Origin: Basidiobolus meristosporus CBS 931.73
Taxonomy: Eukaryota > Fungi > Basidiobolomycota
DNA: 64,000 nt
NCBI GenBank assembly: GCA_002104905.1
Contig: MCFE01000347.1
Span: 1-64,000 of the forward strand
Reading direction: 5' to 3'
The position numbers were made by a program, and so were the translations under genes. The notes under the pieces are model-generated. The model ran no database searches and was not told where the DNA came from. It saw only the letters and a program-made list of their open reading frames with translations. Positions within the stretch are counted from its first letter, which is position 1; each line of letters begins with the position of its first letter. Below are positions 37,030 to 49,252 of the stretch, piece after piece.

Positions 37030-39499
37030 ATTCTTGACACCTGATCTGAAATTCTCAAGCTTGCTGCTATTTACAGTACTTCTACAGGTGAAAAATCCGT
37101 TGAAGAAAGTCAGGGGAAGTGTAATGAGAGCTGAAGTGCAGACTCCAACCTTTGGTGTTCTGTGCTAATCGAATTTGTATCTTTGCAGACAAGATTGGAT
37201 ATTTTCATGTTTTCTCTACGTTTGTGCAAAACTATGTGGCAATCTAGCCCAGCTCAGCATCAATACCAGTGCTTCTTCACATACACCCTTGGGCTTCTTA
37301 CCTTGGACAATAGCTAACCAAAGGCTGACTATCCTTATCTTCAAATTAACTGATCAGAAAAGATTCTCTGTAAAGTCCGAAAGTAAATTGAGTTTTATGG
37401 CATTCGCAACTGAACTGATCAAGGGCCTTTCAGATACAGGATGAACGCCACAGATGCTCGCCGGAAAAGACTACCCTTTTCATATCAAATATACGGTGAT
37501 ATATACTTTGGAATAGTTGATAGTTTATTCAGTCTGAGCTCCATACATACTTTTTAATATGGTAGTGTACCTTATTTAGTGAGATGAGTGACTGGGAGCA
37601 AGCTCGCGATCAGAAAAACTTTCCTATATCGCTCAAATCATTCATACCATCACCGGCAATTACTAAAAATAGGCTATCTTCACTCACAACCATCGAGGCG
37701 ATACATACCTCCAATGTTTCATACTCTCAGAATTTAGCCAGGAAAGTTTAGCGGCCCTATAAGAGGTGAAATAAAACTATCGTAAAGCATCTAAGTTGGA
37801 GTCAGGTATAGTTGTTACTAGTAATCTGGTAGTACTTGGATTTATATAGCCACTCTATATGCTTTATAGAGTACGCTATATGCTCATGAAATGACGTGTC
37901 GAACATTTGAATCGGATGAGTTCTCTACAGCAACTGATCAGTCCAGGATAGGTGATCAGGCTCACTTGTGAAGAGTTCATCACTATCCACAGCCAAACAG
38001 GCCACACAAGCCAAGCGAAGCCATTTCAGCATGGAGGGGCTTGCGTGTATAATCAGCGCATTTATCCAGGCTGTTAAGAAAGCATCACTGAGTCTGCCAT
38101 GCCGAACTCCATCTAAGCCCCATTACTCTATACTAGATAAGACAACTGATCCCTGGCATTTCCATCAGCGCCTGGTGTGTGCTGCGCAGATGTGATTGTT
38201 GGCTTGCCATCGCGTCTTAGTGGTAGTTTGTCTTTATTTAGATGATTGAACATATCACTGTGTTTCAACTGCCACTAACATAAGGGCTCATTTTAGTCAC
38301 GCTCTACGTGTATTCACTTTAATTACGCGAACCTGAATGCCAATTGATTGTGAATGGTTGTCATTTATGAAACTTTACGTGACATCACACCCTCGGTTAT
38401 CTTCCACTGAAACTTGTTGTTCGCTGTGATACAAAATAATTGGGAGTGGGTCGAAGGTTTGAGTGATGAGTTTGGCGAGATTCTGCTCGCATCGAAGTTT
38501 GTATTCGACAGCAGCATCAGGCCTTTGCGTTCATGCATGATGATCCTATTGTAGATCCTGGATTGGACTGGAGAGCCTTTCGGGTATGTACCTAGACAAC
38601 TACTGATGGATGCTGGATTGTCAGTTCTCAAAGGTGTGCGTGGGCCTCGATCCTGAAAAAACCGGTGGCCTTCCTTTCGAGACGACAGCTCAGCCACATT
38701 TGTTTACGAATGCATTGTAGCACTGGTATGTTTGTTAACTACTCCTGGGCGTTTTTACAGCGCAGCTTACTTAACACAGCGTTTCCTATACGTGCTTATT
38801 AGGAAACTACTGCCAACATCTTGGCTGATCTGCAACGGTTGTGATCCGTCGGATCGCATGATGACCACCACAATCTTAAGTGCTGATGTCTTTTAGATTC
38901 AAAACTTGGAGAGTGTGCCTATTGAGCTATCAAGTAGAAGCTTCCCACCTTAGGGCATTTCGTCTTACATTGCGATGAATTCTCATCCTTCTATGCCTGG
39001 GCTTCAAAGTGTATCGACGTGGGCGTCCAGTCCATTTACTTTTCTAATACAATCGTATTATGCACTAATGTATTGTGAGTATGCGTTCCCTACTGCATTG
39101 CTCGATGGCGGCTAGTTAGATTCGTGAGTTCTGGGGCGACACATCTCTAATTGTTAGTTACCAGTGAATTTGGTATTCAACAACCATGCGAAAACTGAGA
39201 GTTGTAATCAAAACCCATAATACTGATCATTAGCTCTAGGTGCGTGGCCTCGATGCGAGAAGGCGTTTACGACATATTTTTATGCCACACGGAGTTTTAA
39301 ACTTTACCAAAATGCCGTGATGTAGCCGATCAAAAGCTATACACTGCTGTGTACAACTAATCGCCCAATGTAAAAGCTCTCGTTAGGCTAATTTTCAAAG
39401 TATTCTGCTGCTTTTCAAATTAATTCTTACGGAACACATTCTGACATTATTTGCAAGGCCTACCGCAATATCTATTTTCCGGGTTTCACAGATATATCA

Positions 39500-41220
39500 A
39501 GAATCATAGAACATGCAGGATTTGCATTTTTACTGGCACTCAGTTTGGCCAGGTCTTAATAGAGTATGGTTCCCAAAATCGGATCATATATTGTTGTGAC
39601 TACTCTGTGATGTTGTGTTGCAGTTGCAGATACTTGATTCTGTTAGCAATATATCTGAACTTAAATAGTCAGCAAGCGAGTGTCATATGGATCTTCAGGT
39701 ATTATGGTAATAGTGAGGGAAGGACTAAAAAGGATCACAGGAATCTATGTGCTCAGCTTAGGGGTATTGGATTAGTATCAGAGCTCCAGTGACTATCTGG
39801 ACGGCACTTATACCTCAGTTCAACTGACATCACATAAGCTAAATATATAATACAATGTTAATAGTGACAAATATGTATCTAATTGAGAGAATGCTCTTGG
39901 TTGGTGAGTAATCTAGATGTTGGCTTAAGTGATCCCAGTAATATTTCAGAACTAAACTTTGCTTTGGTTTACTAAGCATCAAATCCTATGAAGAATCTGA
40001 TACTTGGGACTCATCTAACAATTGGTAAGTATTTTGTTGGTATTCAAATTGTATTTGCTAGTATTTGGATATTCCTTTTCCTTTGAAATTTTAGCTGTGA
40101 ATGTTTGTCAAAGTAGGGTATAACTGAGTATCATATTTGGCATGAATGCTAGCTAGACTAGTCTCACTCATGAAAACATGTCTGCTCATCTATTAGATAC
40201 CTTGCACCTGAGATTTAGAGGGCTCTAGGCTTAGAGAAGCTTGGAATTAAACATATATCATGGTGGTATTCTGCTGACCTTTGACTAATATTTTTCTTAG
40301 AAAAATGCACTTTGAAACAGTGTACTCTCTAATGGGAGTACTCAAGTATACTACTACTGTAGCCATCTATTCTTCAAGACTGCCAGCAGGTGAGCATTCA
40401 TATATTGTTTGGAGGAAATTGCCAAGCTGTGCTGCAGAATTATATATATATATATTTGCAAGGTAACTCTAAGTTTATAGATGGGCATTTTCACCTAAAT
40501 CAACTAAAGTAAACCATGATTACTTTTTGAGCATGCCAAATTAAATGTGCTAATATATTGAAGAGTTTGAACTAGCATAGTTAGAAGCAACTTGCAGCTT
40601 TACAAATGTCTGCACTAATTACCTTTAAGGCTCAAAGCTTAATGTCATACTAGCATCCATATCATGATGTCATGATTGACAAAATACTCAGCAGGAATGG
40701 ACACCATTATTCTGACACAACAATAGAATTAGCTGGCTCTAATATATACTTGATTGTAGCACCCTAGTGTGCTGCATATAGTGGTATAGTCTGATAAATC
40801 AGTGACATGCAGGTCATCTTTGATCTCAACTAAGCATCACTGTTTTCAGAGCTGATTTTCCAGGTCTTGGTTGCTAGGTGCAGCTTTGTTTAGTTACTCC
40901 TGGACAGGTATTATTTATGCTATCACAATCCTGAACACCCATGAGATTTGGCAAACTTGGCTTGAAGTGACTCAGAAAAATTACATTACAAAGTTTAACA
41001 AGTAGTATTAGCTTGTGTATCCCACATATTTATGAGAATCCTTGTTTTCATGGACACTTGATTTTCTTAATTTCCCATCCTGGAGCCTTAAGGTATTCTA
41101 ACAGTCTCATTGCTGCCTACACTATAGGAGCAGACCCAGCTGGCTAGTTCATACAGTTACTTTATGTGGAACACCACTTGATGGTATCTTGATGGCCTTG
41201 ATGTGGATATTGGTTGGCAT
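39500..41220. repeat. AT-rich, CpG-depleted degenerate repeat-like DNA, family not identified
   Basis: Almost no CG dinucleotides, the same texture as the adjacent transposons, and no convincing ORF. Confidence 0.35.
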
Positions 41221-43521
41221 TGTCAATATGAAAAATAATTTGGTCCTGCAGGTGGATCCAATCCAGATCAGCCATAAATATCCTGTTTAGAGACCATCAT
41301 AATAACAGCAGCTTGGAATTAGTGACCCTCCTAACAATCTAATAACAAAATCATGACAGTGCTTTGCTAATTTTACAGCCAAATAAAGGGATAAACTTGA
41401 CAATATTTTATTGGTGCTGTATTGATATTAGCATGGTATTGTTGCAATCTTTCAGCACTCTATAACTATTTTAAGTAAATCCAGTTAGCTAGGACATCCA
41501 ATTGCCTTATATGGCAAGAAACTTGACAGTATTTTGATGGCCTCACAGCAAGACTCTGATGGCATTATATTAGCAGTATGATGGCCCACTGCTGGTTCTG
41601 TATAATGCTACCATACCAATTTACCAAATGGTATTTCCTTTTTCTACCTCACCTTGTGCAGTCCATATATTCCACTGTAGAATCACCTTCCTTTATTTGC
41701 TTACCCACTACTACCTTGGGTATTCCACATATAGTTTGAGTCAAAAAAACTATGGCCTCCTGCTTACTAACCTCTACAAAAGCACACACCTGCCACAATT
41801 GACACACTTCTATCACCACACCTCCCTATGAAAATCATGAGATGATCCCATCAAAAGGCCGTCACAGAGTTAACGTCCTGTGACTGAGAGATACTGATCT
41901 TGTCAGGACTCTGTCCAGAGACCATTGAAAAATAATTGCACCCCAGATTTCACAAAGAACTTGGTCAAAAGTTTTCATCACAACAATGTATAAGTGGCTT
42001 TTGATTGGTTCCCTGCTAATTTGCTCACTTTCTGATCCCGGAAACTCTATTGCCTCCTACGTTAGTGTGAATTGGTTGGCTATTGCCTCTTTTTCACACT
42101 CCTTACTTCCTGACTCAACCATTTCTCTTACTTTTCATGCGTACAAATTGATTTATTTCCGTTGAAACTTCAGTTGTACCTCAATTGCCAATTGTATTGA
42201 CCTATACAAGTCTCTATACCCTACACTAATATTAAGCCCAACCCCACACCCAATAAGTAACTCCATTAAGATCCACCACTCAGTAAGTACTTCTGCTGTA
42301 ACGCTCTGGCTCCACAACTTTGGTGGGAACCTAATGGCTTTATGCCACGGTTCATTCACTGGTTCCCACATGTCCTGGTCTTCAGCTGGCACTGTAAGGT
42401 CAAGCTCCTCATCTACCAGTCTTTGCAATAAATCCTTGCAATATTCCAGTGCATTTTCTTGAGCACTGCTCTTGAAGAAGTGCTGCAACCTCTTGGTGTG
42501 TCTATTAATGTTCCAACACTCCACTGAAGGCATTGTGATAGTCTTTCAAGCTCTTTACATTGTAGCCTTGTCTGTCAGTGGGATCTCCACTCTGTCAACA
42601 ATGGAGGCTGTGGAGGCTGTGGTAGACAAATTGCCTTTTTCAGCAAACTCATCTACCTTGCTGGACTGTAGCTCAACTGGCTGTGCTTCCAACTCTTGTG
42701 AAAACAGCTGTTTTCTTGTTGGTAATTCTTCTTGGCTATGATGGGATTCAGTCTGTTCCTGGCTTGCGGCATTAATTGGCAAGAACTGCAGTTTTCTTTG
42801 CATGCCTCCCTGTCTCAGGCTTGGGTAGACATCTTTCCCATTACCTTTTCCTTTATCACTGCCAGGTCTTTCACTGCTACTTTGTCTGAGTACTTCTTGA
42901 AAAGACCTACGTTTTCTCCTGGATAAATTCTGCTCTGACGCATCTGTTTTGGCCTGCTTGTCCCTTGCTGGCACTCTTCTGGCAACCTGATGTTTCTTTT
43001 CAGCTTGTTTTGAGCTCTCAACCGTAGTTGTGACGGGCTCCTGTAAAAGCGGCTGGTTTTTATCACTGCCAGGTCCTTCACTGCTACTTTGTCTGGGTGC
43101 TTCTTGAGTGGTACTATGCCTTTTCCTTGATAAATTTGTGCTGGTGCATCCATGTCTGCCTGATTGTCCTTAATTGGCACTCTTCCAGCTGCCTGACATC
43201 TCTTTGATGCTTGTCTGGAGCTTTTGGCCCTGATTGTAACGGGCTCTTGAGGAAGCCGCTGGTTTTTAGCCATGGCACCCTTGTTCTTCTGACTTTGATA
43301 GTTTCTGCTACTCATAAGATACTTTCTTAGCATACCAATGCTGGCCCAGAATCCGTTTGCCCATTTAAATCCAGGATAATGCTCATGGAACAAGTCAAGT
43401 GCATTCTGCTTGGCCTTGAGTTCCTGATGGTCCCATGGTATGCTGGCCTTAAGGTGATGGTGTGCTAGACTTCTGATGGCCTCTTGAATATTAGCCCACT
43501 CTTCATTATTGCACTCAACGG

Positions 43522-44324
43522 TGTGGTAGGGTAAACATACCTCCCGCAGACAAGTTTACTCATATAGTCATTATGATATACTTATCCATATTTTATCTTA
43601 TCAGTATTATCCCATTCTTCTTTTGCCCATATTATCAGTATTATCCCCATATGATGTTTGCCCTGATTAGTTATTAGCATTAGTTATCCCAGATGTTATT
43701 CAGCTTTGTGATCAGTATATGTATCTACATAAGGCAAGTACCCGCGTCAGTACCCAAGACACATGACCTAAGTCTGTGTTACCATCCCTATCATTTCAAT
43801 ACCATCTATGGTATTTCTATGTTGCACAGGTTTCAGACTACTGATTCCTGATTGGTAGAATGTGCTGTGCCTTTTAGAACCTTCCAGGACATTCTTGGCA
43901 TATTTTAGCTCATACTGATGTCATCAAGAATTCCATTGATACCTAGAATCTTCTAGAACCTTGTCATTAGTAATCACTTGGCTATCAGGAAAAGTATTTA
44001 AGGGAAAGCAATCCCTCATCAATAAATCATCCCTTCTATCAGTAACACTTCTCCCTTATTGATTAGTAGTTGATCACTGCACCTGCCTTCAACAGTACAT
44101 CTCAGACCTGCCATCAAGGAGCTTTTCAGGGTAGTGCACAAGACACACAGAGATCTTTGGAGACACTTGGAGCACCTTGGAAGCTAGAGAAGCAGGAGCT
44201 TTTACCATAGTGACATATTGACCAAGACACCAGCAGTTTAGACACAGAGGTTATTGCACCCATCAGACACCTCACACACCTTGAGTTGTGTAGCTTCTCC
44301 CAGGAGTACCTCTACACCATCACA
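43522..44324 (+). mobile_element. Solo LTR (family A, about 800 bp)
   Basis: TG...CA ends, near-identical to the LTRs at 49253 and 51875. 4-bp TSD ACGG/ATGG; interrupts the accessory ORF of the inner CACTA copy. Confidence 0.92.
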
Positions 44325-45250
44325 ATGGCTTCACAGATCTTCAATGTCTTTTGATTCTTAGGCTTTGGTATAAACACCACATTGTCTCCCTCCCATGCTG
44401 TGATAGGCTTTTCTGTGGGCTTTATCTTTGGGCACTGTTGTTGTGCTTCAAAGACTGTACAGTGTTCCTCTGCTTTTACATTGGGAAATGTCTCAATTCT
44501 TGGCTGTGACATTGAGCTACTTGAGTTCCTTCTTTGCAGCAAAGATACTGCTTTCTCTACCTGGGATATTGATTGCTCTACACGTATTATCCACTCATCC
44601 TGTTTCTAGATTACTTCCTGATTTCTCTGGGCCATTGCATCTATCCTATCTGCCACTGCACCTAATTGCTTCATTAATGATTTTGTATGAGCTGACAACA
44701 TACTTGCTAATATGGGTGGTGGTGATGTTATCATGGCCACTTGCTGATCTTCAACAGAGGGTACTGTGTTTGCTACATTCTCATCTGCCTGAGGATAATG
44801 GTCAGCTTATGGCTCCACAGAGGTTCTCAATTGCCTACTTGACTGAGAGCCTGAGGAGTCTGCATTATTACCTTCAATGGGCACACTGACCACAGGGCCT
44901 TTTTTGAATGTAGCCCTGCTTGTTGCACTGAATGTCAAAGTAAGCTGTTGTCCAACCGTTCTTCTGTTGCTGTCAGTGGTGGGGCTTGGTTGAGAACCAG
45001 ACGGCTTTGCTTTGTTTTTTGGCGGCATATATATGGAAGTGAGTCAAACCAAAGGGGATATAGTGTTACATATACGTGTGTATGTGGTGCCACAACTTTA
45101 TTTATAATGCTTACAATGGCGGGTCTTCATTGAATCTTACATTCATGTAGGTGCAATGTCTCAAATACAAGACTGTCTTAAGCTCACATGAGTATTGACC
45201 AAAAAGTGATATAATAGCATGATGTTGTTGAAGGTGAAACTGTTTTACCC

Positions 45251-47377
45251 ATGGACAAGACTACTTTGACTCAACGCCATAAGAGAAGAGAAAAAAGACC
45301 ATGTGGCTATTGTGGCAAGCCTCTCAGCCATGAAGCACGCAGACAGCATAGGAAGTATTACAAGGATCATGGCCAGTGTTTTGCCACCCAAGTCATATTT
45401 GACCATTCATTGGTCACTACTGTACCAGCATTATCTTGCCGGCCAGTTGCTACTTCTATATTGGCACCTGGCCGTCTTTATCACCTTGCACAAACCGAGT
45501 CAGGTGAGTTTGTGATGCCTTTAGGCTCACCTCAGCCTTCTGAATATGGCATGCAGAGTGATAGCTCTGAAGAAGAAGGTTCACTGATGGATCTTGACCC
45601 TATCTCCCCTAACAACAGTACCATGTATGAGCCCGGTCAAGTTCCTATATGCAATGAGACAACACCTGTTGAGACAAGTGCCAAGGATACTTTATGGAGC
45701 CAAGTGAGTCCAGTAATCCATCTACTGGTGAATGATGTGATGTTGTGGCTAGAGAAGTGGTGCGTTTCCACTAATATCAGTAATGGGGGCTTTGCGGATT
45801 TATTACTACTTCTTGCCAAAATCATACCAGGATGCAACTTACCATGTACATGGTACAAGTGGACAACCGTCATGTGGCTGGCAACATATGATCCAAAGAC
45901 TGTACTAATTCCAGCATGTGTTAACAGTTGCATGGCATTCACATCCAAAAATGCTACTATTGCAACGTGTCCAAATTGTCATGAATCCACCACCATTGAG
46001 GGAAGACATTGTTCACACTCCGGATATTTTCCGGTCATACCCCGTCTGAGGAAGCTGATGCAGTCCAACAAATATTGCAAAGCATTTCAAGCTAAATGAG
46101 CCCTTCAAGATACCGGAGAAATTTGAAAAAATTGGCACAATATTACAGAGTATCCTCTACCCTAAGTACTTCTCATGGGCTCCAATTAATATTCATATGC
46201 ATATGCAACAATACAAATGCAAAGACTGGATGAACTGGATATGTGTTTATTCAAGTGGTGTTCTGAAGCCATTCCTACCAAGAGTTCATTGGAAGCATTG
46301 GGAGTCATATGTGGACATTGTAGGAATATTTATCCAGTAGCAGATCACCAATGCCAACTTGATGCATCTACAGCTGTTGTGTGAGGAGTTTGTGACAGGA
46401 TTTGATCAGCTATACTACAAACATAAAGCTGAATGCATAGATCTCTGCCGCTACTGTATCCATTCTCCACTCCATCTTGCATGGTGTGCGGAGAATATTA
46501 GGCCTTTCTTCACCTTTTGGGAGTTTCCTATGGAGCAGATGTGTGGGGAGATAGGAAGATGAGTCAAGTTGCAGGTACTACCATATCCCAATCTCATCAA
46601 GAATATTACCTTCAAGTCTGTCATGGATGTGATGAGTTGGCACATGGAGGACAGCCAGAAAGAGTTGAAAAATACTGAGGACAAATGTGCACATAGAGAC
46701 ACCTATGCCTATGGCATTAAGAAGCTAAGCAGCCCCAATGCATGGGTATTCAGTTAAGTAATGCAAAGTTAGGTTGGGTGCAACAAGCAACTAATTTTTA
46801 TAAGGAAAACTCCACCAAGATATGCTGGATTTCTTGTGGTTGCAAGCCCACTTCTGCACCATTTAATACAGAATTCACACAAACAAAAGCCAGAGCGCAC
46901 CTATAACGGGGACTAGAATCCAGCAGGGAGAAGGAATATATTGGCTAAATACCAAGAAGTTCTTTGCCAATATTTGGGAGGTATTCATGGCAGAAGTGGC
47001 AACAACCAAGAATATGTTTGCAAGATGTATATGCTACCAGCAGTAAAAGGTATATAGCAACTTTGCAAGTATCACACTAAAAAGCCGTAAAGTTGAGGTG
47101 ATAGAAGTATGTCAATACAGCAGGTGTGCACATTTGTAGAGGTTAGTAAGCAGGAGGCCATAGTTTTCTTTGGATTTGAACTATATGTGGAATACCCAAG
47201 GTAGTGGTGGGTAAGTAAATAAAAAAGATGATTCTACAGTGGAATATATGAATTGCACAAGGGGAGGTAGAAAAAAGAAATACCATTTGGTAAATTGGTA
47301 TGGTTGCATTATACAGAACCGGCAGCAGGCCGTCATACTGCCAAGAAAAAGCCATCAGAGTCTTGCTGTGAGGCCAT
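45251..47377 (+). pseudogene. CACTA-type transposase of the inner copy, catalytic core deleted
   Basis: Contains PCGYCG...H, PACVNSCMAF and CPNC. At about 46084 it jumps from KYCKA directly to FKLNEPFK, skipping the LALDG and GDTPA region seen at 52666-53565. Downstream HSPLHL and WEFPMEQMCG motifs with stops. Confidence 0.8.
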
Positions 47378-48181
47378 TGTGGTGGTGTAGAGGTACTCCT
47401 GGGAGAAGCTACACAACTCAAGGTGTGTGAAGTGTCTGATGGGTGCAATAACCTCTGTGTCTAAACTGCTGGTGTCTTTGTCAATATGTCACTATGGTAA
47501 AAGCTCCTGCTTCTCTAGCTTCCAAGGTGCTCCAAGTGTCTCCAAAGATCTCTGTGTGTCTTGTGCACTACCCTGAAAAGCTCCTTGATGGCAGGTCTGA
47601 GATGTACTGTTGAAGGCAGGTGCAGTGATCAACTACTAATCAATAAGGGAGAAGTGTTACTGATAGAAGGGATGATTTATTGATGAGGGATTGCTTTCCC
47701 TTAAATACTTTTCCTGATTGCCAAGTGATTACTAATGACAGGGTTCTAGAAGATTCTAGGCATCAGTGGAATTCTTGATGACATCACTATGAGCTAAAAA
47801 TATGGCAAGAATGTCCTGGAAGGTTCTAAAGGGCACAGCACATCCAACCAATCAGGAATCAGTAGTCTGAAACCTGTGCAACATAGAAATACCATATATG
47901 GTATTGAAATGGTAGGGATGGTAACACAGACCTAAGTCATGTGTCACGGGTACCAACGCGGGTACTTGCCTTATGTAGGTACAAATAACAATCACAAAGC
48001 TGAATAATATCTGGGATAACTAATGCTAATCACTAATCAGGGTAAACATCATATGAGGATAATATTGATAATATGGGCAAAAGAAGAATGGGATAATACT
48101 GATAAGATAAAATATGGATAAGTATATCATAATGACTATATGAATAAACTTGTCTGTGGGAGGTATGTTTACCCTACCACA
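47378..48181 (-). mobile_element. Solo LTR (family A)
   Basis: Reverse complement of the 43522 LTR. TSD CCAT/CCGT; the empty site is seen once in the homologous segment near 41535. Confidence 0.92.
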
Positions 48182-49252
48182 CCGTCAAAATGCGGTCAAG
48201 TTGCTTGCCATATAAGGCAATGGAATTCCTGGCCAACTGGACCCCCTTAAAATAGTAATAGAGCGCTGAAAGACTGCAACAATAACATGCCAATATTGTC
48301 ACAGCACCAATCAAAAATTGTCAAGTTTTATCCCTTTATTTGGCTGTAAAATTTGCAAAACACCGTCAAGATCTTGCTATAAGGTTGTCAGGAGGGTCAC
48401 TAATTCCAAGCTGCTGTTATTATGACGGTCTCTGAACAGGATCTTGACAGATGATCCGGATTGAATCCACCTGCAGGACCAAATTATTTTTCATAGGAAC
48501 CTTATGGCTTTTTAGTGTGATACTTGCAAAGTTACCATGTGCCTTGTACTGCTGGTAACATATACATCTTGCAAACATATGCTTGGTTGTTGCCACTTCT
48601 GCCATAAATACCTCCTGAATATTGGCAAAGAACTTCTTGGTATTTAACCAATATATTCCTTCTCCCTGCTGGATTCTAGTCCCCCTTATTTGCATGCTCT
48701 GGCTTTTGCTTGAGTGAATTCCATATTGAATGGTGTAGAAGTTGGCTTGTGACCACAAGAAATCCGGCATATCTTGGTGGAATTTTCCTGATACAAATTA
48801 GTTGCTTGTTGCACCCAGCCCAACTTTGCATTACTTAACTGAATACCCATGCATTGGGGCTGCTTAGCTTCTTAATGCCATAGGCATAGGGGTCTCCATG
48901 TGCATATTTGTCCTCAGTATTTTCCAACTCTTTCTGGCTGTCCTCCATGTGCCAACTCATCACATCCATGATGGACTTGAAGGTAATATTCTTGATGAGA
49001 TTGAGATATGGCAGTACATGCTGCTTGACTTGTCTTCCTATCTCCCCACACATCCGCTCCATAGGAAACTCCCAAAAGGTGTAGCAAGGCCCAACATTCT
49101 CCACACACCATGCAAGATGGAGTAGAGAATGGATACAGTAGTGGCAGAGATCTATGCATTCAGCTTTATGTTTGTAGTATAGCAGCCTAAATCCCATTAC
49201 AAACTCCTCACACAACAGCTGTAGATGTGTCAAGTTGGGATTGGTGATCCGC

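Larger units (their letters stand above)
41825..48497 (+). mobile_element. Inner copy of the same CACTA-type element, inserted in opposite orientation, with an internal deletion and two solo LTRs
   Basis: Inverted termini CCTATGAAAA (41825) and TTTTCATAGG (48497), with subterminal similarity (TGTCA.GA..CTGT.CAGAGACC). Transposase on + from 45251; accessory ORF on - from 45028. Confidence 0.82.

Noticed and set aside
37968-38697. Isolated 75- and 110-codon ORFs between the T-box gene and the repeats
   Set aside because: No motifs or intron support; lengths are compatible with chance.
41822-48502. AGGT as a 4-bp TSD for the inner CACTA copy
   Set aside because: It needs a mismatched terminal base plus an indel in the flank; a no-TSD reading fits equally well, so no TSD is called.
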